In this document: positions 29,311-38,866 of the stretch, one piece after another
How the letters are laid out: each line of letters opens with the position of its first letter
How positions within the stretch are numbered: the stretch's first letter is position 1
Source of the DNA: an uncultured Candidatus Saccharibacteria bacterium
GTDB taxonomy: Bacteria > Patescibacteriota > Minisyncoccia > UBA6257 > Colwellbacteraceae
DNA: 64,000 nucleotides
Reading direction: 5' to 3'
Assembly (NCBI GenBank): GCA_964559765.1
Contig: CAZLHU010000001.1
Coordinates: 9,242-73,241 of the forward strand
Position numbers and translations under genes: made by a program
The notes under the pieces: generated by a model
Databases searched by the model: none
Told to the model about the DNA's origin: nothing
The model's input: the letters and a program-made list of their open reading frames with translations, nothing else

Positions 29311-31200
29311 CTATTTGTTGAGCAGAGCCCTAGTCGCCGGACCGACAACCCCTAGTTGGGAAATGCCGTTTTCTTTCTGATACTTCTTAACGGCGGTCTC
29401 GGTAAGCGATCCGTAAGTCCCGCTAATAGGACCGCTGTACACGCCGGCGGCGGTTAAAGCCTTTTGAAGCATTGTGACCGCTTCGCCCTTCGATCCAGGA
29501 TAAAGATAGGTAGTGAAATCATAGCCACTGCTCGGACTTACGCTGGTTGATCCGCTGGTCGTACCGGTATTCGTGGTCGCGGTAGATTGGGTAATCACGT
29601 AAATGTATATCGGAGTACAACTTCCGTTGGAGGAGCATATATTCACAGATGAACTGCCGACGCTAACTCCGGTGATCGATACGGCGCTCCCGCTCAAAGT
29701 CGCCTTGAATACCGTTCCGGGATTGGAAGACAGGGAGTATGGCGTGGATCCTCCAGATAGGGATAGATATATGGTCTGACCGACGCCCACGACCGAGCTT
29801 AATTGAGGCGCCACGCTGTTGGTGTTGTTGACGGCCGATCCGCTTACCGTCACGTATAGCGTTATGCATTGGGAACTGCTCTGGCAGATGCTCATATTTG
29901 TGGTGCCGGCATTCACCCCGGTCACATTGATGATGTCGTTATCGACGATCACGCCGTAGGCTGCGGATTGGCTGGAATTGCTGGAAATATAGTATGCGTT
30001 TCCGGAAAGGCCGCCGGATACCAATACGCTACTGGTCTGACCCGGCGTAAGAGTAAGGCTGGTCTGACTTAATGCAAGCTGGCTGCCACTCGAGCTGACC
30101 ACCACGGTCATCGTTGCGCAACTGCCGGACGATACGCATATATTGAGCAGCGATGTGCCGCTCGTGTTGCCATACAGACTCAAGCTCGTGCCGGTCAGAC
30201 TAGCTTCAACTATGCTCGTATTCGAATTGGATGCAATATAGTAGGTCCCGGATCCACCGCTTACCGTTACAGTGGCGGTTTGCCCGAGGGGTATGGTGGG
30301 ATTCTGCTGGCTGAACGACAGTGCCGATGAAGTCGATCCCGCGGTGGCGGTGGCGGTTATTATGCCGCATGAGCTCATATTGGTGGAACACACGGTAATA
30401 GTAGCCGAACCAGAAGAGGCATTCCCGTATAGATATACTGTGGAGCTGGATATCGTCGACTGGATTACGGCGGAATCGGAATTGCTGGATATCGTGTAAA
30501 CGCCCGTACCCCCGGAAACCGTTACGGGAACGCTCTGACCAACGGGTACCATGACGCTATTCTGGCTGAAACTGATTGATGTTGCGCCTGGAACGTTGAC
30601 ATTGATATTGGCGCAGTTAGATGAGCTATTCACCAAACATATTGCGATCGTAGTCGAACCGAAAGTGTTTCCGGATACGGTTATCTGAGTTCCGTTCAAA
30701 GAGACATTCGCAACGGACGGACTTGAGTTACTGGACACAAATAAAGAGGAGCCGTTTGTGTTGGCCGCTGTCACAGAGGCGGATTGACCGGCCATCAAAG
30801 TTATATTGGTTTGACTAAGCGCCAGGGCTGTTGGCGAAGAAGAGCTGCTATATGGCCATATCGCACTGGCCGACTGCTGGCCGTTGACCGTAATGTAGAA
30901 TGTGCTGCTTGGAGTTATATTCTGGGCCGACGTGCTTACCGTCTCGGAAAACGACCCACTGGAGTTGGTTGTGCCTAATATATCCTCCATCAGCGCGGAG
31001 GTGGATGAGCTAACAAACCAAAGCACTACGGGCGAATTGTCGTCTCCGTTTATATTCAGTTGGACGTTGTCTCCATTCCCAGTTGCAAATGCCGACATAG
31101 TAGGGGTAGCGGCGTATGCGCTTGATGCGAACAATAGGCTCATAGCCACTACGCCGACCGAGACGATTGATGCGGTTAGTTTATCTTTTATATTCCTCAT
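29311..31200 (-). CDS. Secreted Ser/Thr-rich Ig-repeat protein with a C-terminal peptidoglycan-binding domain
   Basis: About five LSQ...GQ...V.VSGG...Y..SSNS repeats; L..GS.G.AV..LQ..L...G.YG..T..AV..YQ. Confidence 0.85.
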   Translation of the reverse strand: MRNIKDKLTASIVSVGVVAMSLLFASSAYAATPTMSAFATGNGDNVQLNINGDDNSPVVLWFVSSSTSALMEDILGTTNSSGSFSETVSTSAQNITPSSTFYITVNGQQSASAIWPYSSSSSPTALALSQTNITLMAGQSASVTAANTNGSSLFVSSNSSPSVANVSLNGTQITVSGNTFGSTTIAICLVNSSSNCANINVNVPGATSISFSQNSVMVPVGQSVPVTVSGGTGVYTISSNSDSAVIQSTISSSTVYLYGNASSGSATITVCSTNMSSCGIITATATAGSTSSALSFSQQNPTIPLGQTATVTVSGGSGTYYIASNSNTSIVEASLTGTSLSLYGNTSGTSLLNICVSSGSCATMTVVVSSSGSQLALSQTSLTLTPGQTSSVLVSGGLSGNAYYISSNSSQSAAYGVIVDNDIINVTGVNAGTTNMSICQSSSQCITLYVTVSGSAVNNTNSVAPQLSSVVGVGQTIYLSLSGGSTPYSLSSNPGTVFKATLSGSAVSITGVSVGSSSVNICSSNGSCTPIYIYVITQSTATTNTGTTSGSTSVSPSSGYDFTTYLYPGSKGEAVTMLQKALTAAGVYSGPISGTYGSLTETAVKKYQKENGISQLGVVGPATRALLNK

Positions 31201-31435
31201 ATTATTTTGATTATGTGTCTTTTGTATTGGGTGCGACCATTGTTTATAGAATAATTATACAACTAATCGGCCGCATTAGTTGCGGAACAGGCCAATATGC
31301 GGCAAATCCCCCATTTACCGGCGCCGCCCACTTAAATTGGCGTCTATACAGCCTATCCACATTAACGCAATGCTCCTTATATAGGGTTTCTGTATAATTT
31401 ATAGAGATAAAGGTCGGCACAAAATAAAAATTGGA

Positions 31436-31747
31436 ATGTCAAAAGCAAAAATTTATTGGATAGTAATCATAATAATCTTGTTGGTATTGGCAATCTGGTG
31501 GTGGTCAAGCGCCATGAACAATAGCTCTATAACAACGGTTACGAGCACGTCGACCATCTCCAATCCCAGTTCCACTAATGCCACTACCAGTAGTTATAAC
31601 AGCGGGATCTCCGCCACCGACACCTCGAACGCATCACTGAACCAGGACCTTAGCACCATAGACAGCCAGATGAACGGATTGAACAGCGATTCCGCAAGCG
31701 TGAATCAAGGACTGAACGACCAACCAATTCCTCAAAGCCAACAATAA
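31436..31747 (+). CDS. Small membrane-anchored protein
   Basis: TM helix, S/T-rich stalk and an acidic helix. Confidence 0.7.
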   Translation: MSKAKIYWIVIIIILLVLAIWWWSSAMNNSSITTVTSTSTISNPSSTNATTSSYNSGISATDTSNASLNQDLSTIDSQMNGLNSDSASVNQGLNDQPIPQSQQ

Positions 31748-31757
31748 CTTAAACAAC

Positions 31758-32603
31758 ATGAATAAGAACTATTTATTAAGGATATTGCCTGTTGCGGGGG
31801 TCTTGGTCGCTTTAGCGATTTCACCTGTATATGCTCAGTCTTTAAGCGTAACTGCTACCAACGGCTCTGGCGGCGTGAAAGTCACCAATAACGGCTCGAG
31901 TGCGAGTTTGAGGATGGCCAACGCCGAGAAAAACGCTGTTAATCGGGCTAATCAGGAAATCACCCGCAGGCTCACTTCGTTGAATACATTGAGCACGCGC
32001 GTAAACGCCATGGTCAGATTATCAGCGACAGAAAAGACAAGTCTATCCTCCCAGATCCAGACACAAATCACTGACATGAATACTCTGCAGGCGCAGATCG
32101 CGGCCGATGCTAGCAGCAACGCCACGACTTCGCTCAAGAGCGACATACAGTCGATTACTAAGTCCTATCGGATATTCGCCCTGATCATCCCGCAGGGAGC
32201 TATAGAAGCAATGGCTGACAGGGTCCAAACACTGGTGAGCGACTTCGATGCGGTCGCCGCAAAGTTGCAGACTCGCATTTCCGCAGACCAGTCTGCTGGC
32301 GCGAATGTTAGCGCCGCCGTTTCAGCTATGACGGATCTTAACGCGAAGGTTTCTGATGCATCCGCTCAGTCGCAAACAGCAGTAAGTGGAGTCTCGGGCC
32401 TACAGCCCGACAACGGCGTTCAGACGGTAATGCAGTCGAACACCGCCGCACTTAAGGCTGCCCGTGCCGATTTGCAGACAGCGCAGCAAGATCTGGTTGC
32501 AGCCCGTAAAGATGCAGGCGCAATCGTTAAGGTATTAGAGAGCGTCCGCACTAGCGCGAGCTCGACTTCTACAGTTAACTCTACGGCCACCAGTTCGCAA
32601 TAA
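31758..32603 (+). CDS. Secreted helical/coiled-coil protein
   Basis: Signal peptide (VYA); Ala-rich heptads; terminator at 32627-32658. Confidence 0.75.
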   Translation: MNKNYLLRILPVAGVLVALAISPVYAQSLSVTATNGSGGVKVTNNGSSASLRMANAEKNAVNRANQEITRRLTSLNTLSTRVNAMVRLSATEKTSLSSQIQTQITDMNTLQAQIAADASSNATTSLKSDIQSITKSYRIFALIIPQGAIEAMADRVQTLVSDFDAVAAKLQTRISADQSAGANVSAAVSAMTDLNAKVSDASAQSQTAVSGVSGLQPDNGVQTVMQSNTAALKAARADLQTAQQDLVAARKDAGAIVKVLESVRTSASSTSTVNSTATSSQ

Positions 32604-32667
32604 CATCACAACTGCGCCGTAGTTAACAAAAACACGCCTTAAGCCGGCGTGTTTTTGTTGTTCGTTC

Positions 32668-34335
32668 TCAAGATTTATTACTCGGGCGTTTAGATTGATA
32701 GTCCTTTTTCTTTGCCGCGGCACGTATAAATTCCACAAACAACGGATGTGGCCGCAACGGGTGAGATTTTAGCTCCGGATGGAACTGCGTACCCACAAAG
32801 AAGGGATGCTTGTTACGCGGCAGTTCCATTATTTCCATAAGCTTCTTATCGGGCGAGGTGGCGGAGAAGACCATCCCATGCTTCTCCAGCCTATTTATAT
32901 ATTCCGGGTTCACCTCGTACCGATGCCTATGCCGTTCAGATATCTTTCGCAGGCCATATGCGCCGGCCGCTATAGTGCCCGGCTTTAATACTGCAGGGTA
33001 TGCGCCCAAACGCATCGTTGCCCCATAGTTCTTGTCTTTCAGGTTCTGCTTCTGCTCCGGCATTATGTCTATGACCGGATAAGCGGTACGCTGATCGATC
33101 TCCGTGGTATTTGCCGCCTTCATGCCGGCGACATGCCGAGCGAACTCCACGGTCGCCAGCTGCATGCCGTAGCATAATCCAAAATAAGGTATTTTATTCT
33201 CCCGACAGTAGCGTATGACCGCTATCTTGCCCTCTATCCCCCGACTGCCGAATCCGCCAGGCACTATTATGCCGTCAAATTCAAGAAGTTCTTTTAGCGA
33301 GGCGCCTCCCTTTTCAAACTGCTCTGAGCTCAACCATTGAATCACAGGCTTCCGATTGACCGTCATCGCCGCATGCTTTACCGATTCTATGACCGAAATA
33401 TATGAATCCTCCAATATAAAGCTCCCGCTCCCAAAATACTTACCAACAATGCCTATCTTCACCGGCTCGGTCGCACGCTTGGACTTCTGGACCATCCTGC
33501 GCCATTCCTTCAAGTCGTGCTTCTTCGACTTCAAGCCCAATTTCTCGAAAAGGCGGTCGCTTAGGTGATCACGTTCGAAATTCAACGGGACCTCGTACAC
33601 GCTATCCACATTCGGAGCGGAGATCACGTCGCCCTTCGAAGCCAGGCCGCAAACGAACGCTATTTTCTCGCGCCGCTTGTCATCCATCGGGATCGGAGCG
33701 CGGCCCATTATCAGATCGACCTGCAGGCCTGCGGCGTTAAGGGTGCGGGCGGCATATTGGGTAGGTTTTGTTTTAAGCTCTGTACCGCCGGCGGACAGCG
33801 CCGGCAACAAACTGACCAAAACGAGCAACACATCCTTGGGCTGCTTAACTTTCAATATGCGCACCGCCTCCAAGAAGAGGATGTTCTGGTATTCGCCGAC
33901 GGTTCCGCCGATCTCAACTATGACTATATCCGCTTTATTCTTCCTGCCGGCATTTTTTATCCTCCTGATGACCTCCAATGGGATGTCCGGCACAACTTCC
34001 ACGCAACGTCCGCCATATTCCAGATTTCGTTCCTTTTGAATGACATTTAAATATACGCTGCCAGTGGTCATGTAGTTCTGACCCGAAAGATCGGCGCCCA
34101 GGAAGCGTTCATAGTTGCCCATATCCTGATCGCACTCCGTCCCATCATCCAAAACAAAAACCTCACCGTGTTCGGTGGGGTTCATTGTGCCTGCGTCTAC
34201 ATTTACGTAGGGGTCAATCTTGAGGGCGGTGACCCTGCAGCCCCTAGCTTGGAGGATCTTCCCTATGGATGCTGAGGCTATCCCCTTACCGACTCCAGAG
34301 ATAACACCTCCAACTACGAAAATGTATTTGGTCAT
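32668..34335 (-). CDS. pyrG: CTP synthase
   Basis: KYIFVVGGVISGVGKG, KIDPY.NVD.GTMNP.EHGEVFV, GLCYGMQ and QFHPE motifs. Confidence 0.98.
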   Translation of the reverse strand: MTKYIFVVGGVISGVGKGIASASIGKILQARGCRVTALKIDPYVNVDAGTMNPTEHGEVFVLDDGTECDQDMGNYERFLGADLSGQNYMTTGSVYLNVIQKERNLEYGGRCVEVVPDIPLEVIRRIKNAGRKNKADIVIVEIGGTVGEYQNILFLEAVRILKVKQPKDVLLVLVSLLPALSAGGTELKTKPTQYAARTLNAAGLQVDLIMGRAPIPMDDKRREKIAFVCGLASKGDVISAPNVDSVYEVPLNFERDHLSDRLFEKLGLKSKKHDLKEWRRMVQKSKRATEPVKIGIVGKYFGSGSFILEDSYISVIESVKHAAMTVNRKPVIQWLSSEQFEKGGASLKELLEFDGIIVPGGFGSRGIEGKIAVIRYCRENKIPYFGLCYGMQLATVEFARHVAGMKAANTTEIDQRTAYPVIDIMPEQKQNLKDKNYGATMRLGAYPAVLKPGTIAAGAYGLRKISERHRHRYEVNPEYINRLEKHGMVFSATSPDKKLMEIMELPRNKHPFFVGTQFHPELKSHPLRPHPLFVEFIRAAAKKKDYQSKRPSNKS

Positions 34336-34453
34336 TTATTATTTTTATTGAAAGGATTTATACGGAGGTATTCTAGCGCCGCCACCTTGTCGGTACAATA
34401 GAAGGACCTGTTAATTAGGGTGCCCTCTCCGCCGGTTTGCTATACTTAGATGA

Positions 34454-34855
34454 ATGTTGAAGGGTTTCAAGGAATTCATCCTCCGGGGAAGCGTCGTCGA
34501 TTTGGCCGTCGGCGTTGTCGTGGGCGCGGCGTTCAATGGCATCATCAGCTCGATGGTCAAAGACCTCATAACCCCGTTCATCGCCGCCATCATAAAGGCC
34601 CCCGATTTCTCTGGTTTATATTTCACCATAAACGGCAGTAAATTCTTATATGGAGATTTCTTAAACTCGCTCGTTTCCTTCCTAATCATCGCAACCGTGG
34701 TCTATTTCTTTGTGGTCGTCCCCATAAACAAACTCAGCGCAAAGCTGCATAAGGGACCGCCGCAGGACGCAGTCACAAAGAAATGTCCTGAATGCATGAG
34801 CGAAATACCGATAGGAGCTAAGCGGTGCGCCTATTGCACCTGTAAGGTTAAGTAA
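34454..34855 (+). CDS. mscL: Large-conductance mechanosensitive channel with a C-terminal zinc ribbon
   Basis: FKEFILRG.VVDLAVGVVVGAAF; CPEC...CAYC. Confidence 0.95.
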   Translation: MLKGFKEFILRGSVVDLAVGVVVGAAFNGIISSMVKDLITPFIAAIIKAPDFSGLYFTINGSKFLYGDFLNSLVSFLIIATVVYFFVVVPINKLSAKLHKGPPQDAVTKKCPECMSEIPIGAKRCAYCTCKVK

Positions 34856-34893
34856 CGCGACCCCTAATAATCCGGCTTAATACAAGCCGGATT

Positions 34894-34922
34894 TTGACAG
34901 AATACCGTATTTATCGTATATT
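34894..34922 (+). promoter_or_regulatory. sigma70 promoter
   Basis: TTGACA-N17-TATATT. Confidence 0.65.
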
Positions 34923-35083
34923 CTCGCACGAAGCTGAGAGTAAGGACTCTCGCCGACCCTAAAGGCCGACCAAGTGATCCTTACACAGGGACACTTCTTT
35001 AAAAATAACCGATGTCTAGGGAAGCCTGTATCTAAATAAGGAAGGTCCTTATAAATACGGGGATAATCCTGGATATTAAATTT

Positions 35084-35353
35084 ATGTGGAAAAAATGGAC
35101 TAATGGCATAGTCGGAGTGCTGATCTTCTTGTTCGGTTTCGCCATGGGTCCGGTCTGGGTTGCGTGGGTAGTCGGCATCCTCGGGCTCGTGGCCTTGGTC
35201 ACGTCCTTCTTCGCCCTGGAAACTTGGCAGGGGGCGCTGAGCGTCATAGCCAGCGCAGGTGTCGTCGCGTCCGCGATATTCGGCTGGCCCGCATGGGTTG
35301 TTGTCGTTCTCGGCGTCGTGATTTTCGCCTTGATGTTCGGCTTCGAGGAATAA
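35084..35353 (+). CDS. Small integral membrane protein (3-4 TM, SPW-repeat-like)
   Basis: Almost entirely hydrophobic and Trp-rich; has a promoter and terminator. Confidence 0.65.
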   Translation: MWKKWTNGIVGVLIFLFGFAMGPVWVAWVVGILGLVALVTSFFALETWQGALSVIASAGVVASAIFGWPAWVVVVLGVVIFALMFGFEE

Positions 35354-35375
35354 ACTGAGCCGCATCAAGCCACAT

Positions 35376-35549
35376 AAAAAACATCCCGCACTTTAGCGGG
35401 ATGTTTTTATTCTCGTACTTATTGGCCGTAAGATGGAATAAACACCTTCCGGAGAAGGTGTTTGTTGGATGGTTGGGACGAATGTCCCAAAAAAGAGCGG
35501 TGAGCACCGATGGGCTATTTATATAAAGAACAATTAGTCATCGGGCTCA
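35376..35549 (-). ncRNA. Candidate structured small RNA
   Basis: TATAAT at 35555-35560, four consecutive hairpins, then a terminator; no credible ORF. Confidence 0.45.
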
Positions 35550-35662
35550 TTATTATTATAGTTTCTATGCGATATATTTTAAAGCGAGCTTGTGGATAGC
35601 GTTTAAATATAGGAAGATTAATCGAAGTCGCATAAAGTCCGGGCTTAAACCTACGCAACATA

Positions 35663-36157
35663 ATGATTAAGTACATAAGATCTATATTTGATTATCACGA
35701 ACACAAGAAGCAACTGTTGATCATAGTGCTCCTATCTTTCCTGGCTGCATTTTCAATCGCCAGAATATATTCCCTGTCCGTCGGCTATTCGATCTACATA
35801 AGCGGCTACCACATCCACCACTTCTATTTCGGCGCGCTGATCATATCAATCGGCGGGCTACTAGGTATATTAACCAGTGGCAGACGCAAGAAACAGATAT
35901 CAGCCATGTTCATAGGCGCGGGGATGGGTCTTTTCGCAGACGAGATCGGCTTGCTTTTGAATTGCACCTCCAACAACCGTATATGCGCGTACGCCTTCCC
36001 AGACAGCTTCGATATAATATTCGCTATAGCCTTGTCGATAATATCCGTTATGGTACTAACGGATTTCATAGACAGAAGGTCTATGCGCGAGAAAAAGCGC
36101 AGGGATGCAATTGCCAACAAAACCGATCATCCGCAGCAATCAGACCAGAATAAGTAA
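35663..36157 (+). CDS. Membrane protein with an HIHH motif
   Basis: Four TM helices; GYHIHHFYFG and G.GL.ADE. Confidence 0.75.
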   Translation: MIKYIRSIFDYHEHKKQLLIIVLLSFLAAFSIARIYSLSVGYSIYISGYHIHHFYFGALIISIGGLLGILTSGRRKKQISAMFIGAGMGLFADEIGLLLNCTSNNRICAYAFPDSFDIIFAIALSIISVMVLTDFIDRRSMREKKRRDAIANKTDHPQQSDQNK

Positions 36158-36226
36158 CGCGAAACAGCCCGAATGCGGGCTGTTTTTGTCGTCTATTGGC
36201 AAAAAATCTGACATATGGTATTAGTT

Positions 36227-36430
36227 CACCAGCCCCAGACTGCCTAGCTGGTCTAGAGAGGCCTACCTCCTTCTGGTACTGGTGCTGCACGTCCACTCAG
36301 TTAGGGCTTCCGAAGACATTCCCGGTCTACGGAAGTTAGTTCTTTATTTAGGGAGTTCCTATAGTCGGTGCTCGAGACTATAGGGGCACAACCGCAGAGC
36401 ACCCCGGGACGAAACTGTCCCGGGTTATTT
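36227..36430 (+). ncRNA. Candidate pseudoknotted structured RNA
   Basis: GC-rich ORF-free island with multiple stems, a 7-bp loop-to-downstream pairing and a terminal terminator hairpin. Confidence 0.6.
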
Positions 36431-36488
36431 ATTTATAAGGCCCTAAACCTGATATAATGGACGTGTCGAATATAAATCAAAACAATCA

Positions 36489-36731
36489 ATGGGTAATAAA
36501 ATATTAGTGACTATCGTCGGACTGCTCGGATTAGCCTTCATCGTATTGGCCTTCGTATACTGGTTCACGCCAGCCAGCTCTCTACCGTCATACTTCCCAG
36601 GGTATAGCGCAACCTTAAACTCTGTGCACCTTAAGCACGGCATAGCCTCTTTTGTGGTAGGTTTGGTCTTGCTAGCTTTCACTTGGTTCAGGACCGGGAA
36701 AAAATCAGCGCACCAGAACAATCAAGCTTAA
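36489..36731 (+). CDS. Small two-TM membrane protein
   Basis: Y..PA.SLPS.FPG...H.KH pattern; TG-TATAAT upstream. Confidence 0.7.
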   Translation: MGNKILVTIVGLLGLAFIVLAFVYWFTPASSLPSYFPGYSATLNSVHLKHGIASFVVGLVLLAFTWFRTGKKSAHQNNQA

Positions 36732-37565
36732 TATCCCAGCTGCGGCGCAATAGATCGCGAACGGGGTAAGCGTGTTTGTTTTGAAATATTTAGTTAGAAA
36801 CTTTATTGAACAATAGGCGGCCAATGCGGCTGAAATCGCGCCGACGGCGGCCACACTTATAGCCTGCGACCCTCCGGATACCAATAGACTAGGCAGCTCT
36901 AGTATCGCAGCAGCTGCGATAATCGGCGTCGCTAAAAGGAAGGAATAACGCATCGCATCTTCATGTGATAACCCGGATGTCAGCCCGCCAGCTATGGTCG
37001 AACCCGTCCTTGAGAACCCGGGGAATAGCGCTATGCATTGAATTATCCCTATCTTCACTGAATCCCACCAAGACAACTTGCCAGCTATTCTTTCGTCAGG
37101 GTTTCCAACATCAGCCGAAGCCTTGGCTTTGCGCCTCAATAATTCAGCGCCGAACAACATCGCCCCATTGAAGATAAGGAACGTTGAAACTGATATGGGA
37201 GATATAAAAAGATTTTGTAATTGCTCTTGGAACAGCACGCCGAATATGCCTGCTGGAATCGTACTGACAATTAGCAGCCACCCCAATTTAGCATATGAAT
37301 CGGAAGATTTGATCTCGCGCTCCCTAAGGGATCTAAATATTCCAGCTATGACCAGCTTCCAATCCGCAAAATAAAAGACAAACAGCACTAAGGCGGTCGC
37401 AAAATGCGTTGCTACAAGGAATGTAAGGAAGTAATTGGCATTCTGATTAAAATTCCACCCCAACAAGGCTGGCAATATTATGCTGTGCCCCAAGCTTGAT
37501 ACGGGGAACAGTTCAGTAATCCCCTGTACCAGACCCAAGATTATTGCTTGTACATATGAAATCAT
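36705..37565 (-). CDS. uppP: Undecaprenyl-diphosphate phosphatase
   Basis: QGITELFPVSSLGH and PGFSRTG motifs. Confidence 0.93.
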   Translation of the reverse strand: MISYVQAIILGLVQGITELFPVSSLGHSIILPALLGWNFNQNANYFLTFLVATHFATALVLFVFYFADWKLVIAGIFRSLREREIKSSDSYAKLGWLLIVSTIPAGIFGVLFQEQLQNLFISPISVSTFLIFNGAMLFGAELLRRKAKASADVGNPDERIAGKLSWWDSVKIGIIQCIALFPGFSRTGSTIAGGLTSGLSHEDAMRYSFLLATPIIAAAAILELPSLLVSGGSQAISVAAVGAISAALAAYCSIKFLTKYFKTNTLTPFAIYCAAAGILSLIVLVR

Positions 37566-37671
37566 CGCCTTTATTACTTCTTACTATACTATAACTAAAC
37601 CCCAAATATGGCTCGGCCTACCCGCGCCCACTACTACCACATACCCCGTAGGAGTAATATTAATTAAACAA

Positions 37672-38322
37672 ATGAGCAACAATAAAACTCTACTTATAAT
37701 CATATGGATACTAGTCATCGCATCTTTTGTGCTGGCTGCATATTTTTATCCCACCCTACCAGCAAATATAGTCTCCCACTGGAACGCACTAGGTCAGCCC
37801 AACGGGTATATGTCAAAAACATCTGGGCTTTTCTTATTCCCAGTAATTGACCTAGTTTTAGTTCTATTGTTTATGCTGATCCTCAAAATCGACCCACTTA
37901 GAGAGAATATAAAGCAGTTTAGTAAGTACTATTACGGGTTCATAGCGGCTTTATTGATATTCATGCTACTGATCCAATCACAGGTATCGCTATGGAACTA
38001 TGGAGTCAAAATCAATACGAATATTGTCGTACCGATCGCACTGGGTATACTTTTTTTCTATGTCGGCATTCTATTGCAGCATGCCAAGAGAAACTGGTTC
38101 ATAGGTATAAGAACGCCTTGGACGCTAAGCAACGAAGCTGTTTGGGATAAGACAAATAGATTGGGTGGGCGATTATTCAAAGCTTGCGGGATCATATCTG
38201 TTATCAGCATATTCTTTGGAGAATATGCTCTAATCATAACCATCTCCTTTGTTATGGCGATAGCTATATTCCTGGTGGTTTATTCCTATATCGAATTCAC
38301 AAGGGTGGAACGGATAAAATAG
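37672..38322 (+). CDS. SdpI/DUF1648 family membrane protein
   Basis: LP....HWN..G.PNG and NWFIGIRTPWTL....W.KTNR motifs; start placed at MSNNK. Confidence 0.88.
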   Translation: MSNNKTLLIIIWILVIASFVLAAYFYPTLPANIVSHWNALGQPNGYMSKTSGLFLFPVIDLVLVLLFMLILKIDPLRENIKQFSKYYYGFIAALLIFMLLIQSQVSLWNYGVKINTNIVVPIALGILFFYVGILLQHAKRNWFIGIRTPWTLSNEAVWDKTNRLGGRLFKACGIISVISIFFGEYALIITISFVMAIAIFLVVYSYIEFTRVERIK

Positions 38323-38379
38323 GTTTGGTTTATGATATAATCTACATAAATAAGGTCAAAATAAATTCATAACCACAAA

Positions 38380-38748
38380 ATGCGCATCGAATGGAATAAA
38401 GTAACTTGGTACTCAAAGACACTGGCGGTTTTAGTGTTCATAGCAACCTTCTTAATTGGATTCACATCCGGATCCTTATACCGACAGTCGAAAGACTCTT
38501 CCACCATATCCCTGCTTGCCACCGAGCAATCGACCTCCACGGCTGCCGTAAGCGCTGAACAGGCCCTACAAAGCGCTACAACGACCATACAAGTACCCCC
38601 AACAGCTACTCACTATGACGGCATGTTAATCTGCACCAGTAACAACGGCTGTCCTAATGGCTACTCATGCCTTAGACAAGGCCCGTTAATAGTGGGTGAA
38701 GTGCCACCTAAAGTGTGCGTGCCAAAAGGCCAAGCCATACCTTTATAA
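38380..38748 (+). CDS. Membrane-anchored protein with a C-terminal Cys-rich mini-domain
   Basis: WNKVTWYSK plus TM helix; CTSNNGCPNGYSC...C. Confidence 0.7.
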   Translation: MRIEWNKVTWYSKTLAVLVFIATFLIGFTSGSLYRQSKDSSTISLLATEQSTSTAAVSAEQALQSATTTIQVPPTATHYDGMLICTSNNGCPNGYSCLRQGPLIVGEVPPKVCVPKGQAIPL

Positions 38749-38866
38749 AATAAGACAAAAAAAAACAGCCGCAGTGAAGCGGCTGTTTTTAATTGCCAAT
38801 CTTGTGCATACAAATCGGTCTCGTTGGTATGTTAAAATTAAGATAGTCGAATAATTAAAAAATAAA

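Noticed and set aside
35244-35507. 87-aa minus-strand ORF
   Set aside because: It crosses a strong terminator, overlaps a real gene in antisense, and has non-protein-like composition.
36227-36430. 6S RNA, SRP, tmRNA, RNase P or tracrRNA identity for the structured element
   Set aside because: It is not a single rod, lacks the SRP GGAA domain, tRNA-like ends and GAGGAAAGUCC, and the AGTCGGTGC resemblance to tracrRNA is short with no cas9 nearby.
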